DNA of 44,830 bases from a bacterium UBP17_UBA6191 (lineage in GTDB: Bacteria > Muiribacteriota > UBA6191). Position 1 is the first letter of the stretch. Each line of letters begins with the position of its first letter. A program made the translations under genes and the position numbers. This document shows positions 24,345 to 32,442 of the stretch, one piece after another. The stretch covers positions 1 to 44,830 of the forward strand of contig DITF01000020.1 in assembly GCA_002422125.1 (NCBI GenBank), written 5' to 3'. The notes below the pieces were generated by a model. The model did no database searches. It was not told the origin of the DNA and saw only the letters and a program-made list of their open reading frames with translations.

Positions 24345-25562
24345 TTAGCATACAGGATGGGATTTATGATCCTGACGCAAGAGGATCCAAGCAAAATAAA
24401 GCGCACACAGGGTACAGGCCGTAGCGATGTAGCCCGTCAATTCGTAGTGTTGTAGACGGCCTGCTGAATCTGCAGTTACCAATTGGGCCGCCACCAAGGC
24501 GGCAGTAGCTGAGGCCATCTGCTGAAAACAGGTATTAAAACTCATAAAACCTGCTCGCATTTCAGGTTTTACAGTTTCAGATACAATCGTCGTAGCAATA
24601 ATCATGCGACCAGAATTAAATACCATAAACAGACAAACCGCCACACTAGCCCAAACAATGCCCCACTCCCCAAAATTGGTAATCCAAAGGGCTGGGAAAA
24701 GGGAAATGACGGCTAAAACCATAAAAACCCGCAATCGCCCATACCGATCGGATAAGGCCCCAAAAAATCTGGATGTAAACAAGGTAACAGCCCCACCTGC
24801 CAAATAAATCATGGGTAGTTCCTGCTCCGTGACACCACCATTAGTCACCATGTACATGCTCAGGTAGGGAATCATGATAAACCCACTGGCTACCAGAATT
24901 GCCGTTAGACGAAAGGCATAAAAGTGTCCCGGTGCAGTCAGCATTTTTTGAAACCGTGAGCGATAATTCCCCACTGGGGGTATGGTGGATCCAGGCATTA
25001 CCGGCAGGACTTTGCTGGCCAAATACAGAATCGGAATTCCTACAATCACAATGGCAAAAAAAGGAGACCTCCACCCATATAAATTAGCCAGATATAAAGC
25101 AATGGGCAAACCCAAGACAGATGCCACCGAAAATGCCGATACAATGACACCCATAGCCGCCCCACGGCGAATCTGTGGAACTACATCGGCAACAGTTGAA
25201 TAAACCAAAGCCGTTAGTACTCCCCCAAATGCTCCTACCAAAGCCCGCGAAATCAAAAGAGTCCAAAACCCCGGTGCAAGTCCACAAATCAGAGTGGCTA
25301 CCAAAAAAGCCGAATACAGCCACAAAAGAGTTTTGCGTTTCTCCAGTCTATCTATGGTAAATGCCATAAAAAAGCCAAAACCAGCAGCACTGAAATTATA
25401 AATGGATACCAGCCAACCAAACTGTTCAGGGCTGATATGCATGATTCTTTGCAATTGTGGCCCCAAGGGCATTAACACCATAAAATCCACAATATGGGCA
25501 AACTGCATGCTGGCTAATACCAGAAGCAACAAAAATTCATGTCGGGGGGCTTTTTCGGACAT
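24345..25562 (-). CDS. MFS transporter
   Basis: 405 aa with about 12 TM helices. An MFS-type loop motif (TIDRLEKRKTLL) follows TM2. Confidence 0.85.
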   Translation of the reverse strand: MSEKAPRHEFLLLLVLASMQFAHIVDFMVLMPLGPQLQRIMHISPEQFGWLVSIYNFSAAGFGFFMAFTIDRLEKRKTLLWLYSAFLVATLICGLAPGFWTLLISRALVGAFGGVLTALVYSTVADVVPQIRRGAAMGVIVSAFSVASVLGLPIALYLANLYGWRSPFFAIVIVGIPILYLASKVLPVMPGSTIPPVGNYRSRFQKMLTAPGHFYAFRLTAILVASGFIMIPYLSMYMVTNGGVTEQELPMIYLAGGAVTLFTSRFFGALSDRYGRLRVFMVLAVISLFPALWITNFGEWGIVWASVAVCLFMVFNSGRMIIATTIVSETVKPEMRAGFMSFNTCFQQMASATAALVAAQLVTADSAGRLQHYELTGYIATACTLCALYFAWILLRQDHKSHPVC

Positions 25563-25589
25563 AGCCGGATTGTACTATATGTGTCTTCA

Positions 25590-25608
25590 TGTTGCTCTTA
25601 TTGCAACA
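25590..25608. promoter_or_regulatory. Inverted repeat TGTTGC-N7-GCAACA upstream of the MFS gene
   Basis: A perfect 6-7-6 palindrome centred about 37 nt upstream of the MFS ATG (25562). It overlaps the expected -35 region for the TATAGT box at 25579-25574. It also lies just downstream of the ATPase gene stop. Confidence 0.25.
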
Positions 25609-25622
25609 AATTGAACAGACTC

Positions 25623-27059
25623 TCAGGTGTGTTGATTTAACTCCAACTCTCCCATCCAATAACAAAGAAGAGTAGCGGGTATGCGAAATATTGGCACAGC
25701 GTTCTGGTCTTTTTGTGACAAGATACCAAAATCATCTAAAGATTTTGTAACCACATAACCACGATCGGTTTTCTTCTCGGAACAAAAGGCAACCAATCCT
25801 TTCAGGCTGCGTATATCAGCGCTCTGGGTGCGATATTTGACTTCAAAAGGAATGATTTGATCGGAAATCTCAGCCACCAGATCTACTTCCTGATCTCCTT
25901 TGCCTTGCCAGTAAGAAAAACGCACATTCTGACGATAATGACGGGCGAATAAATGTTTTAGAACGGAAGCTTCCGTGGCTACTCCAAGTGCTTCAGGATC
26001 TTCAATAAAGCTATGTCCCTTTAACATAACTGCGGGGGCAATAGCAGCATCGGCCAGATATATTTTATATCTTCCTCTTAAAACTTCCTTGCCATAACCA
26101 TACCGTGGGAGACGGTAAATTAGGTGTGTGGCTTCCAGCAAGTCTATAAAATTCTGGGCTGTAGCTCGGGATACCTGCAAATTGCTGGCTAAAGCCGACA
26201 TATCTAAAAGACCCCCATCGTGCAAACAGAGGTAGAGGAAGGTATGTTCAAGATCAAGTACCCTACGAACTCCAAACAATGCGGTCATATCGCGCTTGAT
26301 GGCCTTGTCAATAATATCTTCCCGCAACAATCTTTGCGCTTGAACCACATTGTTCATTAAGGCGGTCTGTGGAAAACCTCCGTGGGCCAGGTAGTTGTGA
26401 AAATGGCCAACATAAGCATGAGCCCGTTCTTTTATGTGGAGTAGCTCCTGAGAAGAGAAACTGAAAAGCTCCTTGATGGATTTTATTGCGGGGAGAGGTG
26501 GCAACCTTATTTGTTTAAGCTGAATATACTCATAAAATGATAGAGTTGTGAGTTTTATACTGTGCCAGCGACCCACCCCGGACTCCTGGTCTGCCTGCAA
26601 AATGGGCATAGCCGATCCGGTAAAAACGATACGACGATGCTTAAAAAAATCTATTTGATGTTTGATCCAAGTACCATGATCACGAATAAACTGGGCCTCA
26701 TCCAAAAATATATATTCCAGACCCTCTTGTTTTGGTTCTCGTTCACGCCAGGCCTTTAATACGGCCTCAATCCCGGCAAGCTTCATTATAGGATGATCAA
26801 AAGTCACATAAAGAATATTCGCCGCCGGTACCTTTTTGCCAATCAGAACGGCTATCGCTTGCATAAGCAGGGTTGTTTTCCCAACCTGACGGGCACCAGA
26901 TAAAAAAATGGCTCGTAATGTAGGGGGATCTATGAGCCATTCCTTTAGTTCTGCAAAAGCGGCCCGATGCCAGGCAGGAAGATCAAAAATTCGATCCCCT
27001 CTCCACCAGGGGTTAAATTGTCCCAATACGGCTGTAAGTTCCTCTGTCTCGATCTTCAT
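25623..27059 (-). CDS. AAA+ ATPase with wHTH and a C-terminal PD-(D/E)xK-like module (AAA_14 + DUF4143 architecture, COG1373-like)
   Basis: 478 aa. Walker A is LSGARQVGKTTLL and Walker B is YIFLDEAQ. VSRATAQNFIDLLEATHLIYRLPRY looks like a wHTH. EVDLVAEISDQIIPFEVKY fits a D...ExK nuclease-fold signature. Confidence 0.85.
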   Translation of the reverse strand: MKIETEELTAVLGQFNPWWRGDRIFDLPAWHRAAFAELKEWLIDPPTLRAIFLSGARQVGKTTLLMQAIAVLIGKKVPAANILYVTFDHPIMKLAGIEAVLKAWREREPKQEGLEYIFLDEAQFIRDHGTWIKHQIDFFKHRRIVFTGSAMPILQADQESGVGRWHSIKLTTLSFYEYIQLKQIRLPPLPAIKSIKELFSFSSQELLHIKERAHAYVGHFHNYLAHGGFPQTALMNNVVQAQRLLREDIIDKAIKRDMTALFGVRRVLDLEHTFLYLCLHDGGLLDMSALASNLQVSRATAQNFIDLLEATHLIYRLPRYGYGKEVLRGRYKIYLADAAIAPAVMLKGHSFIEDPEALGVATEASVLKHLFARHYRQNVRFSYWQGKGDQEVDLVAEISDQIIPFEVKYRTQSADIRSLKGLVAFCSEKKTDRGYVVTKSLDDFGILSQKDQNAVPIFRIPATLLCYWMGELELNQHT

Positions 27060-27078
27060 ATATAGAATTTAGCATATT

Positions 27079-27111
27079 TTGCATAAATAGTATAAGTATA
27101 CATTGCATAAA
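27079..27111. promoter_or_regulatory. Direct repeat TTGCATAAA x2 flanking a GTATAC palindrome upstream of the AAA+ ATPase gene
   Basis: TTGCATAAA occurs at 27079-27087 and 27103-27111, a 24-bp period. GTATAC lies at 27096-27101. All are in the AT-rich 65-nt spacer upstream of the ATG at 27059. Confidence 0.25.
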
Positions 27112-27124
27112 ACACACTTTTAGT

Positions 27125-30100
27125 TCAACTTTGCCAATCCTTCAAGTACGCCTCAAATCGGGAAAACCAGGCCTGAATCTTTTCACGATTCTTCTCAAGT
27201 ATCACCCCGATCACAATCAAAACAATCCCGATAAAGGCCACAAGCGGAATACCTACACTAACTTGATCCATAAGCTGTCGGATGACAAAAAAGATAAGGC
27301 TCATCAGAAAAATTCCCAAGGAGGAAAAGAGTTGAATTCTGACCTTAAACAAAAGGGCTAACCAACCACCAAGGAATGAAAAGCCCCATAGAATCAAAAG
27401 GGAATGTATGCTTGAGTTTAAAACAAAGTCATAGACTCCCCCTGCATAAAAGACCAGATTTCCCAAAACAGTCAATACTCTCAGATTTTCCAAAGATATC
27501 TGATTTCTAATTGTGTGAGCATACCAAAGAATGGAAATCCCGCTACAAAGACTCATTACCTCTAAAAACAATCCACTGGGTCTAGCCCACAAAAATAAGG
27601 CTGCATTAAAGGCAAAAAGGGCTGCAAGCCTTCGATAAGAAAAAGCCTCTTCACGATGATAATACTCAAGTACAAGAGCTGAAAGCAGTAAAGGAATTGG
27701 GGCATCCTGTCTGATGATTTCTATCAAAAGCACCACAATTGGCAATACATCCCGTAGATTCTCCAGGGGGCGGCAAAAGATGTTATAGGCACCACTGAGG
27801 CGGGGGCTGATGGTGTGAAGCACAACGGAAGAAAACAAAAGCACATAACTTAGCATTCCATGCCCGCCAATGTAGCCCCAGAGCCTTAGAAGCATCAATA
27901 GAAAAGCCAGCGCAATGAATCCGCAGTACACCAGAATTTCCATTTGCTTAAGCAATGCCATATGCATACAGTAGACGCTTAGGGTAGCAAGGGCAAAAAT
28001 TGCTCCCGCCTCATGAGATTCAGAGACAGCTACCATAGAAAAGGTCAATAAATGAATGCCCGTAAATAAAAGAACAATGTGGGCCCCGCGATGTCGGAAG
28101 CGATGTAAGACAAAGGCCACCAGATAAAACGCGGGGCCAATGAGATACAGTGTTGTGAAATTTGCCAGTGAGATTAGCAGCAGAATCAAACCAAGAATCA
28201 GAAGCGATTGCAGAGGACGAATCAGGAAATAGACGAAAAGAATTGAAGTAGGAATCAAAACTCCCAGACTAAATTCTTGTGTACCAATGGTCGCGGCATA
28301 ATGAATCACATTTAAAATATTGGCAACCATCAGAACCAAAGAGCGGGACTGGCCTTTCCAGAAAAATATTCCCAATAAGTACAATGAGGCAGACAAAATC
28401 AGTAAAACTGCAAAAAAACCGCCTTGAGGAAACAGAAGCGCCACCTGGGCAAATATCAGATACAACAATCGATATTCGGTTTTATACCAGAAGGCTAAGG
28501 CCAGACTCAAAACAGTATATACTCCAAATATTTTTAAGTCCGTTCCTCGCGCCAAGGTGGATTCAAGATAGATACAAAGTCCCAGAATAAATGAGATGGA
28601 TTCAAACCAATGGATTTTCAAAAAGAACCGCTGCTTGAGCCGCAATTTTCCCAAAATGGCAAAACCCAGAGCTAGGACCTGAGTGGTATAAATTACGGCC
28701 ACTACACCATGGGGGTGAGCTAAGCGAATAAAAATTGCAATAATCTGTGAGAAGAAAGCCAGATCCTGACCATAAATCAGACAAAGAACCAAGCCTGAAA
28801 TCAGATACTGAGGGCTCACAATACAAAACACAAGCCCGACCATCAGGGATACATACACAAGCATCAGCACAATGAAGTCCTGACGGCCTGTGCTTAAATC
28901 CCTTGGCAAACCCCACTTGGAAATGTTCTGCAAAATAAAAGGACATTGAACTAGAAACACCAGAATCTGCCAGTACTGCATAAACAATTGGGGCTGAGTG
29001 GCATAATACTTTTGAGCCAGCACAATGCCCGCGATCTGCATACAGATAAAGGCAATGGGCCGTGAGTAGCGATAATGATCCAAAAACAACAAAACCACGG
29101 ACAGAATCAGCAATACACCAGTTTGCCATATATGAATATGCGTATATCTCCATATGGTATCCAGGGCCGCCAAAATCAGGTAAAGCTCAGACAGGCGCAC
29201 AAAGGGATTAAATTCTGAAAATCGACGGGTAAATACAACACCCAAAACCATAAACAAAAGGGCCATCCACAGGCCTGAAAACGAAAATCCCACACTAATA
29301 ATCAAAGTGCCAAACAATACCTCCCAGGCTGGCCAAAAGCCTGAAGGATGCCGTACCGCCATCAAAAGTGGTGGAATTCCAAACAAAGAGGCCCGAAGTT
29401 CCGAGCTAGTGGTCTGGGTAACCAGATGTGATTGAGCATACAAAAACAAAACAAGGTGAATCCAACCCAGCCCAGTTCCACCAGATTTAAAAATGGCATA
29501 GGTTGTGTACAATACTGTCAAAGCCTCAAACAACACAGGCATTGGAATTTCATAGACCTGAGGAACGGCCAGAATCCATAATCCGGTTATCAAAACCATA
29601 AACTGTATACGAACCGGATGGGGGGACTCAAAATTTAATAGATGCAATCGGATGGAAAAAAACAGAGTGGCTAGATGCAGAATATGCATGTCCCTAACCA
29701 ACAATGAGATGATGGCAATCATCAGATAACTGCCATAAACAAAACCCTGAAGACTTTTTGTATTGTCTGTGTGCAAGGATTGAACCAACATCAGAACAAA
29801 TAGAACCCAGACAAAAACCAGAGGGCTCATTATTACAAAGTGAGTCACCAGATAAACCCATGCTCCCAAGGCACGAATAGCGGTATGCTCATTGGGCAGA
29901 CGAGCAAACAGATAATAAACCATACCCAAACCAGCCAGTACCATAACTGCCATTGGTTTTGACACATCCACCGGCAGGTGTGCCACCAAATGAATCGATA
30001 AAAACAGGGTGGCCAGACCGTATACCGACCACGAGGATGCTCTGGCATACACATGGTACAGTCTATGATTAATGCCAAGGCCTAGAATGAAGGTAACCAA

Positions 30101-30757
30101 AAAACCAAGGCTACTGATTTGCGCATGCACCATCAAAACCAGGGGTAAAAAGGCCGCATAAATTCCCATAAAAATCTGAGGCGACTTCTGAAGGTTCATG
30201 CCCTGCTTTAAAATTATCTCCATGGCAGCGGCAAAGAGTAAAACACCCAGGCTCAACCCGTACTTCTGGGCCGGTAAAAAATCATCCCACCAGACCAGGG
30301 AATAAAACAGTCCGGCTGCAAAGACCATAAATGCGCCCAAAAACAAAAACCAATTGATGGTCAATTCATCACGAAAATAATCCCAGGCCCTCTCCAAAAA
30401 CCCCGGTTGGCTCGCTTGGCCCGGTTCTTCCAGTGTCTGGGGCACAACAGAAGTAATGCTTTGCACTGGAACCGGACTCTTAACCGGAGGTGGCTTTACA
30501 GCCACCGATTCTGGGTACTTCTTAAAATAAAAAGGAATCAGAGCCTCAAGGCCCTCTTCTTTTAAATAATTAATAAACCCTGGAGACTGATGACTTTGAC
30601 CCTGAAAGGATCTTAAATCAGCTATACCCTTAAGCACCTGTTTTTCCCATTGATGCAAGGTTTGCAAATCAACACCAGAAACACTGCCACCTGCTTTAAG
30701 ACAATCTTCCCTCAGTGAATGAATGAGGTGTAATACCTCCATTTTATAAATTTTCAA
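27125..30757 (-). CDS. Very large polytopic membrane protein of unknown family (at least ~30 hydrophobic segments)
   Basis: An uninterrupted 1,210-codon frame. The start is either the TTG at 30757, which overlaps the recQ TGA and has GGGGAG 8 nt upstream, or the ATG at 30742. It has a soluble N-terminus of ~140 aa and a Pro-rich linker (VKPPPVKSPVPVQ). More than 1,000 aa of hydrophobic helices follow. Confidence 0.75.
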   Translation of the reverse strand: MKIYKMEVLHLIHSLREDCLKAGGSVSGVDLQTLHQWEKQVLKGIADLRSFQGQSHQSPGFINYLKEEGLEALIPFYFKKYPESVAVKPPPVKSPVPVQSITSVVPQTLEEPGQASQPGFLERAWDYFRDELTINWFLFLGAFMVFAAGLFYSLVWWDDFLPAQKYGLSLGVLLFAAAMEIILKQGMNLQKSPQIFMGIYAAFLPLVLMVHAQISSLGFLVTFILGLGINHRLYHVYARASSWSVYGLATLFLSIHLVAHLPVDVSKPMAVMVLAGLGMVYYLFARLPNEHTAIRALGAWVYLVTHFVIMSPLVFVWVLFVLMLVQSLHTDNTKSLQGFVYGSYLMIAIISLLVRDMHILHLATLFFSIRLHLLNFESPHPVRIQFMVLITGLWILAVPQVYEIPMPVLFEALTVLYTTYAIFKSGGTGLGWIHLVLFLYAQSHLVTQTTSSELRASLFGIPPLLMAVRHPSGFWPAWEVLFGTLIISVGFSFSGLWMALLFMVLGVVFTRRFSEFNPFVRLSELYLILAALDTIWRYTHIHIWQTGVLLILSVVLLFLDHYRYSRPIAFICMQIAGIVLAQKYYATQPQLFMQYWQILVFLVQCPFILQNISKWGLPRDLSTGRQDFIVLMLVYVSLMVGLVFCIVSPQYLISGLVLCLIYGQDLAFFSQIIAIFIRLAHPHGVVAVIYTTQVLALGFAILGKLRLKQRFFLKIHWFESISFILGLCIYLESTLARGTDLKIFGVYTVLSLALAFWYKTEYRLLYLIFAQVALLFPQGGFFAVLLILSASLYLLGIFFWKGQSRSLVLMVANILNVIHYAATIGTQEFSLGVLIPTSILFVYFLIRPLQSLLILGLILLLISLANFTTLYLIGPAFYLVAFVLHRFRHRGAHIVLLFTGIHLLTFSMVAVSESHEAGAIFALATLSVYCMHMALLKQMEILVYCGFIALAFLLMLLRLWGYIGGHGMLSYVLLFSSVVLHTISPRLSGAYNIFCRPLENLRDVLPIVVLLIEIIRQDAPIPLLLSALVLEYYHREEAFSYRRLAALFAFNAALFLWARPSGLFLEVMSLCSGISILWYAHTIRNQISLENLRVLTVLGNLVFYAGGVYDFVLNSSIHSLLILWGFSFLGGWLALLFKVRIQLFSSLGIFLMSLIFFVIRQLMDQVSVGIPLVAFIGIVLIVIGVILEKNREKIQAWFSRFEAYLKDWQS

Positions 30758-32310
30758 GTCACTTGCTCCCCATCATACGCTTTCAGAAACACCCCAATAT
30801 TGCCCTTTAGCACTTCCGATGCCCTGTTAGTCAGTCTGAGGGTCAAAAAACCCTCACCATGAACTCGAATCAAATCATCAATTAAAAGCTTTCTAAACAG
30901 GCGTCGCCAAAACTTCACCGAATACTCAGACCCAATTCCAAAGGTCGAAAGTTTGTCATGAGAAAAGCTCAGAATGCTGTCACTTGGTTTGCCCATCAAC
31001 ACGGAAATTAAATGCGAAGCTCCAAATCCCTGACCACACCGATATATACATGAAAGTGCCATTTGTGACTGTCTGCTAACATCGATTAAAGCTGGTTTGA
31101 GTCGGCAATTGTCACAAATGCCACAGGGAATTATACTCTGGGAAAACCAGGACAGCAAACCTTGACGGCGACAGATTACGGAATCACACCAGCTCATTAA
31201 GGATCTAAGACTTTGAAGTTCCCTCTCCATGCGAGCCTCCCCAACCGGGTTTTTTATGGCGTTGCTTAAAATCCTCTGCTGAGCCTGCATCCAATCCTGT
31301 AGACCATATAACAGCATAGCCTGGGCCGGTTGACCATCGCGCCCAGCCCGTCCGGTTTCCTGATAATATCCCTCAAGACTGGTTGGCAAATCGGGATGAA
31401 TCACAAAACGAACATCCGGTTTATCAATTCCCATACCAAAGGCCACCGTAGCCACCATGATTACGCGCTGAGAATCCAGAAATTTTTCCTGGTGCATTGC
31501 TCGGGTAGATCCATCCAGTCCTGCATGATAGGGCAGAGCTAAAAATCCAGCCTTATTCAGCCAGACTGAAATTTCATCCACTCGCTTTCTGGTCTGACAA
31601 TAGATGATTCCGGCCTCACTTTGATGCTGAGACAAAAAATTCAAAATCTGCTGCTTGCCGTTATCCTTTTCCTTTAACTCATAAATCAGATTAGGCCGAT
31701 CCAGACATCCAATCACCACTTCAGCCCCTGGCATCTTTAAAGTTTCCAAAATAGAATCGCGACAATGCTCGTCTGCCGTAGCCGTCAGTGCTAGTTTTGG
31801 GACCTCGGGAAAGCGCTCACAAAAAACTGCCAACCTAAGATACTCAGGCCGAAAATCATGACCCCATTCCGAAATACAGTGAGCCTCATCAATCACAAAC
31901 AAAGATGGCTTTCCTCTCTCCAAAAATCCCAAAAATAGGGGCGAAAGCAGTCTCTCCGGGGCCACATATAAAAGTCTTAGCTCCCCTCTCAAATAAGCCT
32001 GTTCCGTTTGCTGGATTTCCTCTGAATCGAGATTAGAATGCAGGGCTTTGGCACAAATCCCCTTACTGACCAAGGAACGAATCTGATCACTCATCAGGGC
32101 AATCAAAGGGCTAATGACAATCACGGTTCCGCTAAGACTAATGGCCGGAAGCTGGTAACAAAGGGATTTTCCCGATCCGGTGGGCATAACCGCAAGACAG
32201 TCCTTACCGGAAAACACCGTTGTAATAATACTTTTTTGCAGGGGCAGAAACTCAGAAAACCCAAAGTACTGATGCAGATGACGATATAAGGTGCTATCGG
32301 TAATATTCAT
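30754..32310 (-). CDS. recQ: RecQ-family ATP-dependent DNA helicase, short form without an HRDC domain
   Basis: 518 aa. Motif 0/I is YFGFSEFLPLQKSII...MPTGSGKSLCYQLP. The DEAH box is VIDEAHCISEWGHDFRPEY. QETGRAGRDG is present. The Zn-binding Cys cluster is CRRQGLLSWF...CGICDNC, followed by a winged-helix-like region. Confidence 0.9.
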   Translation of the reverse strand: MNITDSTLYRHLHQYFGFSEFLPLQKSIITTVFSGKDCLAVMPTGSGKSLCYQLPAISLSGTVIVISPLIALMSDQIRSLVSKGICAKALHSNLDSEEIQQTEQAYLRGELRLLYVAPERLLSPLFLGFLERGKPSLFVIDEAHCISEWGHDFRPEYLRLAVFCERFPEVPKLALTATADEHCRDSILETLKMPGAEVVIGCLDRPNLIYELKEKDNGKQQILNFLSQHQSEAGIIYCQTRKRVDEISVWLNKAGFLALPYHAGLDGSTRAMHQEKFLDSQRVIMVATVAFGMGIDKPDVRFVIHPDLPTSLEGYYQETGRAGRDGQPAQAMLLYGLQDWMQAQQRILSNAIKNPVGEARMERELQSLRSLMSWCDSVICRRQGLLSWFSQSIIPCGICDNCRLKPALIDVSRQSQMALSCIYRCGQGFGASHLISVLMGKPSDSILSFSHDKLSTFGIGSEYSVKFWRRLFRKLLIDDLIRVHGEGFLTLRLTNRASEVLKGNIGVFLKAYDGEQVT

Positions 32311-32405
32311 GGTCTGGCTTTTTTCACAAGACGACTATTGAACCATTTGGTCAAGCAAGTAGCAAAACAAATGTCAAAAGGCCACCAGGCACTCAAAAAT
32401 TGTTA

Positions 32406-32436
32406 TTGACACTGATGGGAAAAAATCCTGTATCCT
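32406..32436 (+). promoter_or_regulatory. Candidate promoter of the FAD oxidoreductase gene
   Basis: TTGACA (32406-32411), a long 19-nt spacer, TATCCT (32431-32436), 6 nt, then ATG at 32443. Confidence 0.3.
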
Positions 32437-32442
32437 GAGACA

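Noticed and set aside
28602-29153. 183-aa minus-strand ORF nested inside the 1,210-codon gene, and the 77-aa ORF at 29845..30078
   Set aside because: They are on the same strand but out of frame within a continuous long ORF whose product is coherent TM helices. The nested products are Cys/Ser-rich noise with no RBS context.
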